Part shown: one piece after another, positions 18,708 through 26,750 of the stretch
Numbering within the stretch: the first letter of the stretch is position 1
How the letters are laid out: every line of letters starts with the position of its first letter
IMG/VR virus record: IMGVR_UViG_3300049982_000332
Coordinates: 916-64,915 of that record
Reading direction: 5' to 3' (one strand)
DNA from: a virus
Taxonomy: Duplodnaviria; Caudoviricetes
Length of the DNA stretch: 64,000 nt
Position numbers and translations under genes: made by a program
Notes under the pieces: generated by a model
Seen by the model: the letters and a program-made list of their open reading frames with translations, nothing else
Database searches by the model: none
Told to the model about the DNA's origin: nothing

Positions 18708-18934
18708 TGGCCGAGCGCTGCGAGCTGACCGAGCTGATCAAAGACCAGTGCGGCCACTGCCGCCCGAAACCGCCGCCCGCGCCCCGCGAGAACACCGGCT
18801 ACGGCCCGTGGTTCCCCGCGAACTTCCCCGGCTGGTGCTCCGGGTGCGGCGGCGAGTTCGGAACGGGCGATGAGATCCGTTCTGACGGGTGTGGCGAATG
18901 GCTGGCCGAGTGCTGCGGAGGCGTCGATGCCTGA
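18707..18934 (+). CDS. Small zinc-finger protein
   Basis: CGHC, CSGC, ECC. Confidence 0.65.
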   Translation: MAERCELTELIKDQCGHCRPKPPPAPRENTGYGPWFPANFPGWCSGCGGEFGTGDEIRSDGCGEWLAECCGGVDA

Positions 18935-19667
18935 GATCCCGTCTCAAGCCGTACAAGCCGCCTCGACGCCCGCTGCGGTGATCGTCCAGTACGAACACGA
19001 ACGGTTCTGCCAGGGCCGTGCTCCCGACGACCTTGGCGAGCCGCAGGACCGCAAACGGCACGAGCGCGACGCGGGCCGACTGCTGGCCGCTCTCGCGGAG
19101 CACGGCTACCGGTTCTGGCGGGAGGTGACCCCAGAGGAGGAGCAGGCCGACACCGACGCGTGGCCTGACAGCACCACCGAGCCTCCAGCCCCTGATGCGC
19201 CTGCGCGAGCCTCCACGCCCCCGTACGCGCCTTTGACGGCCGATCCGGGAGTCGTTGGGTCAGCGGATGATCCGATCTCTTTAGAAACGCCTACAGCGCT
19301 TCGTGAGGCGATTGCCGACCGGCTGCTCGCCGAGGACGCCCGATCGTGGGGCTACGGCATGTTCGAGGGGAGCCGCAACACCGCTCTGGCCGTAGCCGAC
19401 GTGATGCTCTCCGTAGGAGACGACGAACTGGAGCGGGCGCAGGATCTCGCCCGCAAGCGTGGTGGCCACGCGCTGCTCATCGGCCAAGCGCTCGACCTGA
19501 GCCAGGCGAAGCTGGGGCATGCCGAGGCCGCCGTCGCCCGCGTGCGTGAACGCCTCGATGCGCTGATTGCCGATGGATTCGGGGCGACAACTCCAACCCT
19601 TCGCGATCTCCGCGACCTCTTGGACGTCCCCGCCGACGGCGAGCAGACCGGAGGCGGCCGTGCCTGA
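18927..19667 (+). CDS. Hypothetical protein
   Basis: 8-nt overlap start with GGAGG SD. Confidence 0.6.
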   Translation: MPEIPSQAVQAASTPAAVIVQYEHERFCQGRAPDDLGEPQDRKRHERDAGRLLAALAEHGYRFWREVTPEEEQADTDAWPDSTTEPPAPDAPARASTPPYAPLTADPGVVGSADDPISLETPTALREAIADRLLAEDARSWGYGMFEGSRNTALAVADVMLSVGDDELERAQDLARKRGGHALLIGQALDLSQAKLGHAEAAVARVRERLDALIADGFGATTPTLRDLRDLLDVPADGEQTGGGRA

Positions 19668-20022
19668 CACGCTCGCCCCGCTCCAGGTGTTCGACGTCCG
19701 CGACGACGACCTCTGGTACGGGCTGAAGGGCCAGAAGGCGTACTGCGACACCCTTCGCGCCTGGTTGCGCGCCAACGGCATCGAGCCGTGGGAAACCTAC
19801 CGGTGGGAGCTGTACCTGCTGGACACGCCGTTCCTTAAGGTCTTCACCTACGCCCGCGACGACCAGGGGAAACTCCGCTTCCGGCCCGTCGAGGACGCCG
19901 AGGAGCGGCAGCGCACGGGCCGCTGGTGGCTGCCCGTGGAGCGCGAGCCGTTCCTGGTGCCCGTGTCCTCCCTGCCGCCCGCTCCCGTCTCCCTCGACCA
20001 GCCCCAGGAGCCGACACCGTGA
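19660..20022 (+). CDS. Hypothetical protein
   Basis: GGAGG SD before GTG. Confidence 0.65.
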   Translation: MPDTLAPLQVFDVRDDDLWYGLKGQKAYCDTLRAWLRANGIEPWETYRWELYLLDTPFLKVFTYARDDQGKLRFRPVEDAEERQRTGRWWLPVEREPFLVPVSSLPPAPVSLDQPQEPTP

Positions 20023-20279
20023 CGTTGTGGAACGCCGACCTCGCCGAACTCTCCGAGATCGAACTCAGGCAAATGGCCGACGCCCTCGCCGCCCGAGGAG
20101 ACGCAGCCGACGCCGCCCGCGAAACCGAAGAACTCCTGGTCATGCTCCGCCAGTGGAAGATACGCGCCGACGTCCGCGTGGCACGCCTCGCAGACGTGTG
20201 GCGGGCCGTGCACAGGGACAGCTCCGAGAAAAGCATCCTCGACGCGCTGGCTTCCTACCGGGGGGAGCCGACACCGTGA
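20019..20279 (+). CDS. Hypothetical protein
   Basis: GTGA coupling; flanked by 17-bp direct repeats. Confidence 0.65.
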   Translation: MTLWNADLAELSEIELRQMADALAARGDAADAARETEELLVMLRQWKIRADVRVARLADVWRAVHRDSSEKSILDALASYRGEPTP

Positions 20280-20494
20280 CCAGTAAAACCGGCGTGTGGA
20301 GATCCGTCGCCTCCGGGTTCGCCCTCACCTCAGCCGCAGCCTGGAACCTCTTCTCCGGCTCCGGCGACGCGGCCTTCTTCGCAGGGATAGCGGCCCTCTG
20401 GGCGTTCCTGTACGCCACCCGAACCACCCAGATCAGGGAGACGGAAGCCCAGCTCGCCGCCTTCCGCAAGAGCGTGGGATGTGACGACACGTGA
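20276..20494 (+). CDS. Small two-TM membrane protein
   Basis: GTGA coupling; two hydrophobic segments. Confidence 0.6.
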   Translation: MTSKTGVWRSVASGFALTSAAAWNLFSGSGDAAFFAGIAALWAFLYATRTTQIRETEAQLAAFRKSVGCDDT

Positions 20495-21167
20495 CCTGGA
20501 TCCGTCGCCAGGAGCCGACCCCTTGACCTCCGACGACCCCATGACCGGGGCGTTGTGGTGCGAACACCACGGACGCTGGGAGTGTTCGAAACGGTCCCGC
20601 CGCCGCCCGGGGGAGCGCTGCCACGGCTCGCCGATCAAGGGCACCGACGCCTGCTACAGCCACGGCGGGCAGCCCCGCGAAGTGCTGAAAGCGAAAGGCG
20701 AAGCGTTGTCGGCGTGGCGTGCCGAGGTCGGCCGGTCGGATGTGACGCCGGCGGACGCGGTGATGGCGATGCTGCAGATGTCGTGGGCCCGGGTGCACGT
20801 GTACGCCTCGCTGCTGGAACGGCAGGTCTCCGACGCGGACCCGGACGCCGGCGTGGGCCTGGGGGAGGGGCTGGTCGGCCACACCCGTGGCGCGGTGAAG
20901 GGCATCGGCATCTACGAGACCGGTGAGGCGATCCGGGGGCTGGCGCTGCTGGAGGCGCAGGAACGGGACCGGTGCGTCAAGTTCGCGAAGGTGGCGCACG
21001 ACATGGGGATCGCTGACCGGGAGATCCGCCTGGCGGAAGGCCAGGGCCTGCTGTTGGCGCAGGCCATCAGCCGCATTTTGGACGGCTTGGAGTTGTCGGC
21101 GGCGCAGCGTGCGCGGGTGCCTGAAGTGGTGCCCGGGGTGCTGCTCGCGATCGGGAGCCAGGCGTGA
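20481..21167 (+). CDS. Terminase small subunit-like protein (HGG-motif zinc finger plus helical C-terminus)
   Basis: C...C...CYSHGG N-terminus and ERDRCVKFAKVAHDMGIADREIRLAE coiled coil typical of actinophage TerS. Confidence 0.6.
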   Translation: MTTRDLDPSPGADPLTSDDPMTGALWCEHHGRWECSKRSRRRPGERCHGSPIKGTDACYSHGGQPREVLKAKGEALSAWRAEVGRSDVTPADAVMAMLQMSWARVHVYASLLERQVSDADPDAGVGLGEGLVGHTRGAVKGIGIYETGEAIRGLALLEAQERDRCVKFAKVAHDMGIADREIRLAEGQGLLLAQAISRILDGLELSAAQRARVPEVVPGVLLAIGSQA

Positions 21168-21529
21168 ACGCAAAACCGCAGGTCGCTGTGATGCCACCTG
21201 CGGCGATACCGGCACTCGTACCGGTCGGTAACAACGGAGGGAACCGTATGACCCAGCACCTCGACCAGCAGGCCGAGATCAACCAGCTCCGCGCCGATCT
21301 CGAACTCGAAGACGCGCGGTTCGACAAGCTCACCGACGTGGCAGGGCGGCTCCTCGGCCGCGCCGAGCAGGCCGAGGCGGCGCTGTCTGGCACCCGCGCG
21401 GCAGTGGCCGAGGAGATCGCGCGAGCGTTGCTGGCCGCCTGCCCGTTCCCGGATACGGACCACCTCGGCGACCACTGCGATTTCCGCATCGCCGCCGACA
21501 TCGCACGCAAGATCGGAGCCGAGGGTTGA
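21164..21529 (+). CDS. Hypothetical protein (alternative start 21248)
   Basis: ORF in operon. Confidence 0.6.
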   Translation: MNAKPQVAVMPPAAIPALVPVGNNGGNRMTQHLDQQAEINQLRADLELEDARFDKLTDVAGRLLGRAEQAEAALSGTRAAVAEEIARALLAACPFPDTDHLGDHCDFRIAADIARKIGAEG

Positions 21530-22365
21530 CCCACGCCGAAGACCTCGCCGAACTCGTCCACGAACTCCTCGACGAAGTAACCGTCCGACCCGAGTGGACC
21601 GAATACCGCACCGGCGCCCGAGGCCGCCGCGCCGAACAGCGAGCCGCCACCCGCCGCGACCCCGGTCTGCTGTGGCAGCTCGGCTCCGTCGCCGGGCGTA
21701 CCGGGGAGGTGTGGGCGCGGGTCGACATCATCGAGGTTCACCCCGTCCACGGGGAGAAGCGGGTCGGCCACCGGTCTGTCCGCAGGGCAGGCGCCGGCGC
21801 GGCCCTGGTGGGTGCGACCGTGCCGTCCGGGTCTCCGGGGTGGGACGCCGACGGGGCGTTGTCGCCGATGCGCGGCGGCGGGTGGGAGTCGTCCGAGCCG
21901 ACGACGCAGGCGCTGGAGCTGGAGGACCGGATCGCCTCCGAGGTGGCGGGAGTGCACGTCTACGTGGCCCGCGCCGCAGGGGTGGTGTCGACGCGGCGCA
22001 CGGTGGGCGGTCGGCTCCGCGAACTGGTGGCCTTGGTGGGTGAGGTGGATGACGACACCGGGCGTTGGGCGGTGGGCCGGGTCCGGTCGTGGGTGTCAGC
22101 GGCCCGCGTGCTGCTCACCTACGAGGCCCGGACGATCGAGCTGGCCCGGTGGCATTGCCCGGAGTGTTCCGGCCGGGTGCGGACCCGGGTGGATGGGGAC
22201 ACGCAGGTGTGGTGCGCCGGGCTGGGCGCGGTGTACGGGCCGCCGGTCAGCGAGGACGCGCCGTTCCCGGTGGTGTACGGGCCGTGCGGGGCCAGGTGGG
22301 GGAAGGGCGAGTGGGTGGATTTCATGCAGCGGCAGACGCCGCGCGGCGGGAGGATGGCGTCATGA
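21526..22365 (+). CDS. Hypothetical protein with CxxC motif, possible late-gene regulator
   Basis: TTGA coupling; WHCPECSG; position at end of early region. Confidence 0.6.
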   Translation: MTHAEDLAELVHELLDEVTVRPEWTEYRTGARGRRAEQRAATRRDPGLLWQLGSVAGRTGEVWARVDIIEVHPVHGEKRVGHRSVRRAGAGAALVGATVPSGSPGWDADGALSPMRGGGWESSEPTTQALELEDRIASEVAGVHVYVARAAGVVSTRRTVGGRLRELVALVGEVDDDTGRWAVGRVRSWVSAARVLLTYEARTIELARWHCPECSGRVRTRVDGDTQVWCAGLGAVYGPPVSEDAPFPVVYGPCGARWGKGEWVDFMQRQTPRGGRMAS

Positions 22366-22756
22366 GCGACGTTGACGGCCTCGTGGCCTTCCTGCATGCC
22401 CGCCTGGGCGAAGATGAGGCGGTAGCGCGCGCCGCCGCTCCAGGGCCGTGGCGCATGGATGAGGGGCAGCGGATCTACGCGGAGAACGGCTCTTACGTCA
22501 CTTCGCCCTGACTGACGATGAGCGTGATGACGACCTGCCGCACATTGTCCGCCATGACCCTGCTCGCGTGCTCCGCGACGTCGCGTCCGGCAGGAAGCTC
22601 ATCGCCGCCTTCGAGGAAGCCCGCGCCTTCTACGACGCGCACACCTCGGCGCCCGCTGGTGAACTGCACGGTCTACTAACCGCGCTGAAAATCTACGCTG
22701 AGCGGTACGCCGACCACCCCGGCTTCGGACTCTCATTCTCGATCGGAGCATCATGA
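22362..22756 (+). pseudogene. DUF6221-like gene split by a -1 frameshift near 22500
   Basis: LVAFLHARLGEDEAVARAA in frame 1 stops at 22511; HIVRHDPARVLRDVA...YADHP continues in the -1 frame. Confidence 0.7.
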
Positions 22757-22929
22757 CCGTCAGCACCAACCTCAAGGCCGAGGCCGCCGACCTCAAGGCG
22801 GGCATGACCCTCGACGAGCTCGCGTCGTTCGTCCAAGCCGCCATGACCGCTGGACTGCCCGGCGGCACCCGCATCCACGGTGCCGTCAACATCCGCACCG
22901 GCATCAAACGACTGGAGACCAGGGCATGA
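22753..22929 (+). CDS. Small hypothetical protein (58 aa, not in ORF track)
   Basis: ATGA coupling at both ends. Confidence 0.6.
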   Translation: MTVSTNLKAEAADLKAGMTLDELASFVQAAMTAGLPGGTRIHGAVNIRTGIKRLETRA

Positions 22930-23135
22930 CCCGGCGCGAGCGCAGCATCTACAGGGTCCTGCTGATCGGTGTGATCATAGGCGTCCCCGCCTTCGTGGTC
23001 CTTGGTGTCGTCGGGTCTCTAACCCACGCAGGCTGGACCGGAACTATGGCCGTGGTGTTCACGGCCTGGTTCTTCACGTTCTGGTACTGGGAAGGGCTGC
23101 GACGCGAACGGGAGCGAGAGGAGACCAGGACGTGA
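22926..23135 (+). CDS. Small two-TM membrane protein
   Basis: Hydrophobic segments; coupled. Confidence 0.65.
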   Translation: MTRRERSIYRVLLIGVIIGVPAFVVLGVVGSLTHAGWTGTMAVVFTAWFFTFWYWEGLRREREREETRT

Positions 23136-23386
23136 CCGACCAGCAGCAACCCGACTGGGCCAAGGCTCTCGCGCACGCGGCCACGGAGTTCCAGCAAGGA
23201 CTCCAGCAGGCGGGGCGGATTCTGTCCGCCCAAGGCGCGATGGGCTGGGCATATAGGGGCGACCTCGAACAGCTCCGCGCCACACTCGAAGCACTCCCCG
23301 CAGGGCAGGTGCGGGAGATCTCCGCCGCCGCCGCGCTGCTCGCCTCCACCGCCGACCAGGTGCTCACCGGGGGGCCGACGCAATGA
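23132..23386 (+). CDS. Hypothetical protein
   Basis: GTGA coupling. Confidence 0.6.
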   Translation: MTDQQQPDWAKALAHAATEFQQGLQQAGRILSAQGAMGWAYRGDLEQLRATLEALPAGQVREISAAAALLASTADQVLTGGPTQ

Positions 23387-23655
23387 ACCCCATCCCCCCG
23401 GAGACCCGAGCCGCAGTCACCGCGCAGCTCGCCGCCACGCACAACATCACCCAGACCTCAGCTCGCGCCATGGTGGACGACGTGTGCGAACGTTGGCGCG
23501 ACAGCCCGTTCGCCCATGACGTCGAACTAGTCGTCATGGCCATGCTCCGGCCCCTCGTCGACGCCATCGCATCCGGTGAGGCAGTAGCCGGTGTGAAGAC
23601 CACCGACCTACGCGCCTCCACCGCCGATGACGTGCTCGCGGGGGGACAAGCATGA
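23383..23655 (+). CDS. Hypothetical protein
   Basis: ATGA coupling. Confidence 0.6.
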   Translation: MNPIPPETRAAVTAQLAATHNITQTSARAMVDDVCERWRDSPFAHDVELVVMAMLRPLVDAIASGEAVAGVKTTDLRASTADDVLAGGQA

Positions 23656-23837
23656 GATGGCCCTGGACGCGGACGACCGATCCCGAGCACCGGTCGACCC
23701 TCAGTCAAGCCGAAGTTGAGACCCTCGGCCGCTACAACGCCGAGAAGGCGCGAGGCATCCGACACGCCCCCGAATGGCAGGAGCGGATGGCTGAACTGCA
23801 GCGTCGCTTCAACTACGACGCAGCGCACCGACCCTGA
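23652..23837 (+). CDS. Hypothetical protein
   Basis: ATGA coupling. Confidence 0.6.
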   Translation: MRWPWTRTTDPEHRSTLSQAEVETLGRYNAEKARGIRHAPEWQERMAELQRRFNYDAAHRP

Positions 23838-23880
23838 CCCCACTCGAATAGACGTTCGACCAGCCGGGTACCGTCCCAAT

Positions 23881-24111
23881 ATGGGCCGCCAACCAGTCAT
23901 CTACGTGACCACCCTCGGCCACAGCGCCCACCTCATCGAATGGTTCCACCGCCCCGACGGCTGGTGGGCACACATCCACTGGCTCGACTTCGCAGACAAC
24001 CCCGGCTGGTCCAAACGCCGCGACACCTTCGAAGAACACGAACTGTGGGTCCACGCCAGCCTCACCCAGCCCCGCACCGGATGGGACTACAGCCAGGTGC
24101 CACGACGCTGA
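23881..24111 (+). CDS. Hypothetical protein
   Basis: Trp-rich 76-aa ORF. Confidence 0.5.
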   Translation: MGRQPVIYVTTLGHSAHLIEWFHRPDGWWAHIHWLDFADNPGWSKRRDTFEEHELWVHASLTQPRTGWDYSQVPRR

Positions 24112-24135
24112 TCGTCTGGGAGGATCAGGGGCACC

Positions 24136-24297
24136 GTGAACACCACCACCCCCCTCCCATGCGACGTCCTGCTGTGCCCCCGCACCCGGGACGTCATCCT
24201 CATCCCGCGCGGCATGCTGTGCATCCGGCTCACACCCGACCAGCAGCAAGCGTTGATCGAACAGTTACGCGCAGTGCCACACCAGCACCAGCCGTGA
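24136..24297 (+). CDS. Hypothetical protein (not in ORF track)
   Basis: GTG start with AGGGG SD. Confidence 0.45.
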   Translation: MNTTTPLPCDVLLCPRTRDVILIPRGMLCIRLTPDQQQALIEQLRAVPHQHQP

Positions 24298-24313
24298 CCG
24301 GCATCCTGGGGGT

Positions 24314-24580
24314 ATGCACCAAACGGCCGACGACGACCCCTTCTACATCCCAATCTGGGCAGCTGCTCGCTATGTCGGCCGTTCGCCGGCCACGATCCGC
24401 GAATGGGCCCGCCACGCGAAGGTCCGATCGCTCCGTGGCGCCGAACTCCGCGTCCACTTCCTTGACGTCAACGCCTTGGATGAGGCCACGCCGCGCCGCA
24501 ACGGGGGGCGTAACCAGCACGCCGCCCGCGCCTGCAGTGAATGGATGGTTGACAGGCTCCACGGTCTTAACAGACACTAG
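24314..24580 (+). CDS. MerR/excisionase-like HTH protein
   Basis: IWAAARYVGRSPATIREWARHAKV winged-HTH pattern. Confidence 0.7.
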   Translation: MHQTADDDPFYIPIWAAARYVGRSPATIREWARHAKVRSLRGAELRVHFLDVNALDEATPRRNGGRNQHAARACSEWMVDRLHGLNRH

Positions 24581-24621
24581 GCCGCGTCTTCGTGCTGCCC
24601 GAAAACGGTGCGCAGGTCGAG

Positions 24622-24647
24622 AAACCCCTATTCTGTAGGGGTTTTTT
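24622..24647 (+). terminator. Intrinsic terminator closing the early operon
   Basis: AAACCCCTA-ttctg-TAGGGGTTT followed by T run. Confidence 0.75.
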
Positions 24648-24693
24648 CATGCCCTCGAAGTGGTCGACGTGGGACAATTGAGCACGTAAGAGA

Positions 24694-24750
24694 CCCCGGC
24701 GAGTGCGCTAACACTCCCGGGGCATGGCCGACCTGAAAGAGCAGGCTGAC
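24694..24750 (+). promoter_or_regulatory. Structured 5' leader, copy 1
   Basis: CCCCGGCGAGTG-cgctaa-CACTCCCGGGG hairpin, then GGCCGAC...GAAAGAG...GCTGAC-GTG; matches leader at 52106-52166. Confidence 0.65.
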
Positions 24751-25224
24751 GTGCCAAAGCCTAGAGGCTTCTCCGTCCCCGATTCCCTCGACCCCGCCGA
24801 GCGCGGACCTTCTGGGATCCTCCCGCCGCCAACGATGACCGAGGCCGAAGTGCGGGCACATCTCCTCGCCTTCCTCGGCCCCGACCTCGATCCCGCAGCC
24901 GTCCCCGGAGATGTCCGGGCGGAACTCCTCGAACAGGCGCGTCGCCGTGCGGACCACGGTGGGGTGCCAAAGACCCGCAAGTATGACCCGGTCGTCTACT
25001 ACATGCGCGTCGGCAACCGGATCAAGATCGGCTTTACGGGCGATCTCATTCGGCGCACACAGGCCGTCGGCCCGGAAGAAGTGCTCGCCACCGAGCCCGG
25101 CTCGTTCGCAATCGAGAAGCGGCGGCACAACGAGTTCGGCGAGTACCACGTCATCAACGAGTGGTTCGCCCAAGGGCCGCGCCTACTGGAGCACATTGTG
25201 AAGCTCCGAGGCGGTAGGGCGTAG
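24751..25224 (+). CDS. GIY-YIG/T5orf172-like domain protein (moron)
   Basis: VVYYMR...IKIGFT...RR...EKRRHNEF...EWF. Confidence 0.75.
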   Translation: MPKPRGFSVPDSLDPAERGPSGILPPPTMTEAEVRAHLLAFLGPDLDPAAVPGDVRAELLEQARRRADHGGVPKTRKYDPVVYYMRVGNRIKIGFTGDLIRRTQAVGPEEVLATEPGSFAIEKRRHNEFGEYHVINEWFAQGPRLLEHIVKLRGGRA

Positions 25225-25238
25225 AAGTGTCCAAGGGG

Positions 25239-25262
25239 GGCCCGGCCGCGTGCCGGGCCTTT
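25239..25262 (+). terminator. Intrinsic terminator
   Basis: GGCCCGGC-cgcgt-GCCGGGCC-TTT. Confidence 0.7.
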
Positions 25263-25280
25263 CGCATGTCAGGAGCCCCC

Positions 25281-25433
25281 ATGTCCGCCCTGATCCTCGT
25301 CTTGCTGATCGCCGGGTTCATCTGCTTCGCGCTCGCCACCTTCGGCGTCAGCGTCCCGCGCATCAACCTGCTCGCCCTCGGCCTCGCCCTGTGGGTGCTC
25401 GCCGAACTGATCCCCGCCATCGGCGGAGCCTGA
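25281..25433 (+). CDS. Small two-TM membrane protein
   Basis: AGGAG SD; fully hydrophobic. Confidence 0.7.
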   Translation: MSALILVLLIAGFICFALATFGVSVPRINLLALGLALWVLAELIPAIGGA

Positions 25434-25440
25434 CCCGCAG

Positions 25441-25650
25441 ATGAGCCAGCGCGCCCGCCGCATCCGCGTCATCGCCGCCTGGATCCTGCTCGTCGGCTCC
25501 CTCGTCGGCTGGCCGGTCAGCATGCTGACGTTCGCCCGCGACGAACCACCCGCCGTGCTGTCCCTGTCGTGGATCGCGCTGATCATCTCTTCCGCCGAGT
25601 TGCTCACCACCTCCCAGGTGCATCAAGAGCAAGGCGAAAACTCGAACTGA
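25441..25650 (+). CDS. Small two-TM membrane protein
   Basis: Basic N-terminus, two TM segments. Confidence 0.7.
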   Translation: MSQRARRIRVIAAWILLVGSLVGWPVSMLTFARDEPPAVLSLSWIALIISSAELLTTSQVHQEQGENSN

Positions 25651-25693
25651 CCCGCCCCAGGGCGGCATTCACACGCCCAGGGAGGGCAGAGCC

Positions 25694-26359
25694 GTGCCGT
25701 TCAACGACCTCGCCAAGAACGCCGCACTCACTGGCCTCGCAGCCAGCATCACCCACATCGGCGTCAACACCCTGGTCACCGCGCCCCCCACCGACGGCAC
25801 CCCGGGAACCGGTGCGACAGCCGCCGCCACCGAGGCCACCGGCGGATCTCCCGCCTACGGACGCCTGGCAGCGACCTGGGCCACTGCGGCGACCGGACAG
25901 GACGCCAACTCGGCCACGCTCCTGTTCGACGTCCCGGCCGGCACGTACGGATTCCTCACCTTCTGGAATGCCTCCACAGGGAACACCGGTACCCAGTACC
26001 GCGGGTACGTGCCCATCAACGGCGGCGTCAAGGGGTTCGGAACGGTCGACGCAGCCGACCTGACCGCGAACACGATCACGAGCAACGCGCACGGGTTGGT
26101 CAACACCGACAGGGTGATCGTCTTCAACGTGTTCGCTGAGACGATTCCGGGAGGGTTGACCGAGGGCGCCGTCTACTTCGTGGTGGGCGCGACCACAGAC
26201 ACGTTCCAGGTGTCGCTCACCTCCGGCGGGTCGGCGGTTGACCTGGTCACGACCCAGGGGGAGCTCTACTACCAAAAGATCATTCCCGAGGTTTTCGGGG
26301 CGCAAGGTCAGATCTCCGTGGCGATCGGCGCCATCGTTCTGGACGCGACGGGCATCTGA
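25694..26359 (+). CDS. Putative virion structural protein (fibre/appendage module)
   Basis: Thr/Ala/Gly-rich beta-type sequence; GGGAGG SD. Confidence 0.6.
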   Translation: MPFNDLAKNAALTGLAASITHIGVNTLVTAPPTDGTPGTGATAAATEATGGSPAYGRLAATWATAATGQDANSATLLFDVPAGTYGFLTFWNASTGNTGTQYRGYVPINGGVKGFGTVDAADLTANTITSNAHGLVNTDRVIVFNVFAETIPGGLTEGAVYFVVGATTDTFQVSLTSGGSAVDLVTTQGELYYQKIIPEVFGAQGQISVAIGAIVLDATGI

Positions 26360-26362
26360 CCC

Positions 26363-26749
26363 GTGGCCGACAGCTCGGTGGCGGTGACGCCCGGCACAGG
26401 CGCCAACGTTGACACGTTCGCGGTCAGCGGCGGCGACCACCAGCAGGTGGTGCGCGAAGCTCGCGCAACCGCGGTCGGCACGCTCAACTCGTGGACCGTG
26501 TCCACCACGGCGTCCACCTCGCAGATCGCTGCGGACGCTGGCCGGGTGATGGTGCTGATGGTGTCCAACGCCTCCGGCAGGGTGTATCTGCGGTTCGACT
26601 CCACTGCGCCCACGGCGACGGCGTTCCACTGGTTCCTTGACCCTGGCGACCGGTGGGAGGTGCCCGTGCAACTGTCCACCCTGGCGGTGTCCATGCTGGG
26701 CGCGTCCGCCGGCGGCACCGTGCTGTCGACTCTTGCGACGGCGAGCTGA
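26363..26749 (+). CDS. Putative virion structural protein
   Basis: Beta-rich; in operon. Confidence 0.55.
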   Translation: MADSSVAVTPGTGANVDTFAVSGGDHQQVVREARATAVGTLNSWTVSTTASTSQIAADAGRVMVLMVSNASGRVYLRFDSTAPTATAFHWFLDPGDRWEVPVQLSTLAVSMLGASAGGTVLSTLATAS

Positions 26750-26750
26750 C

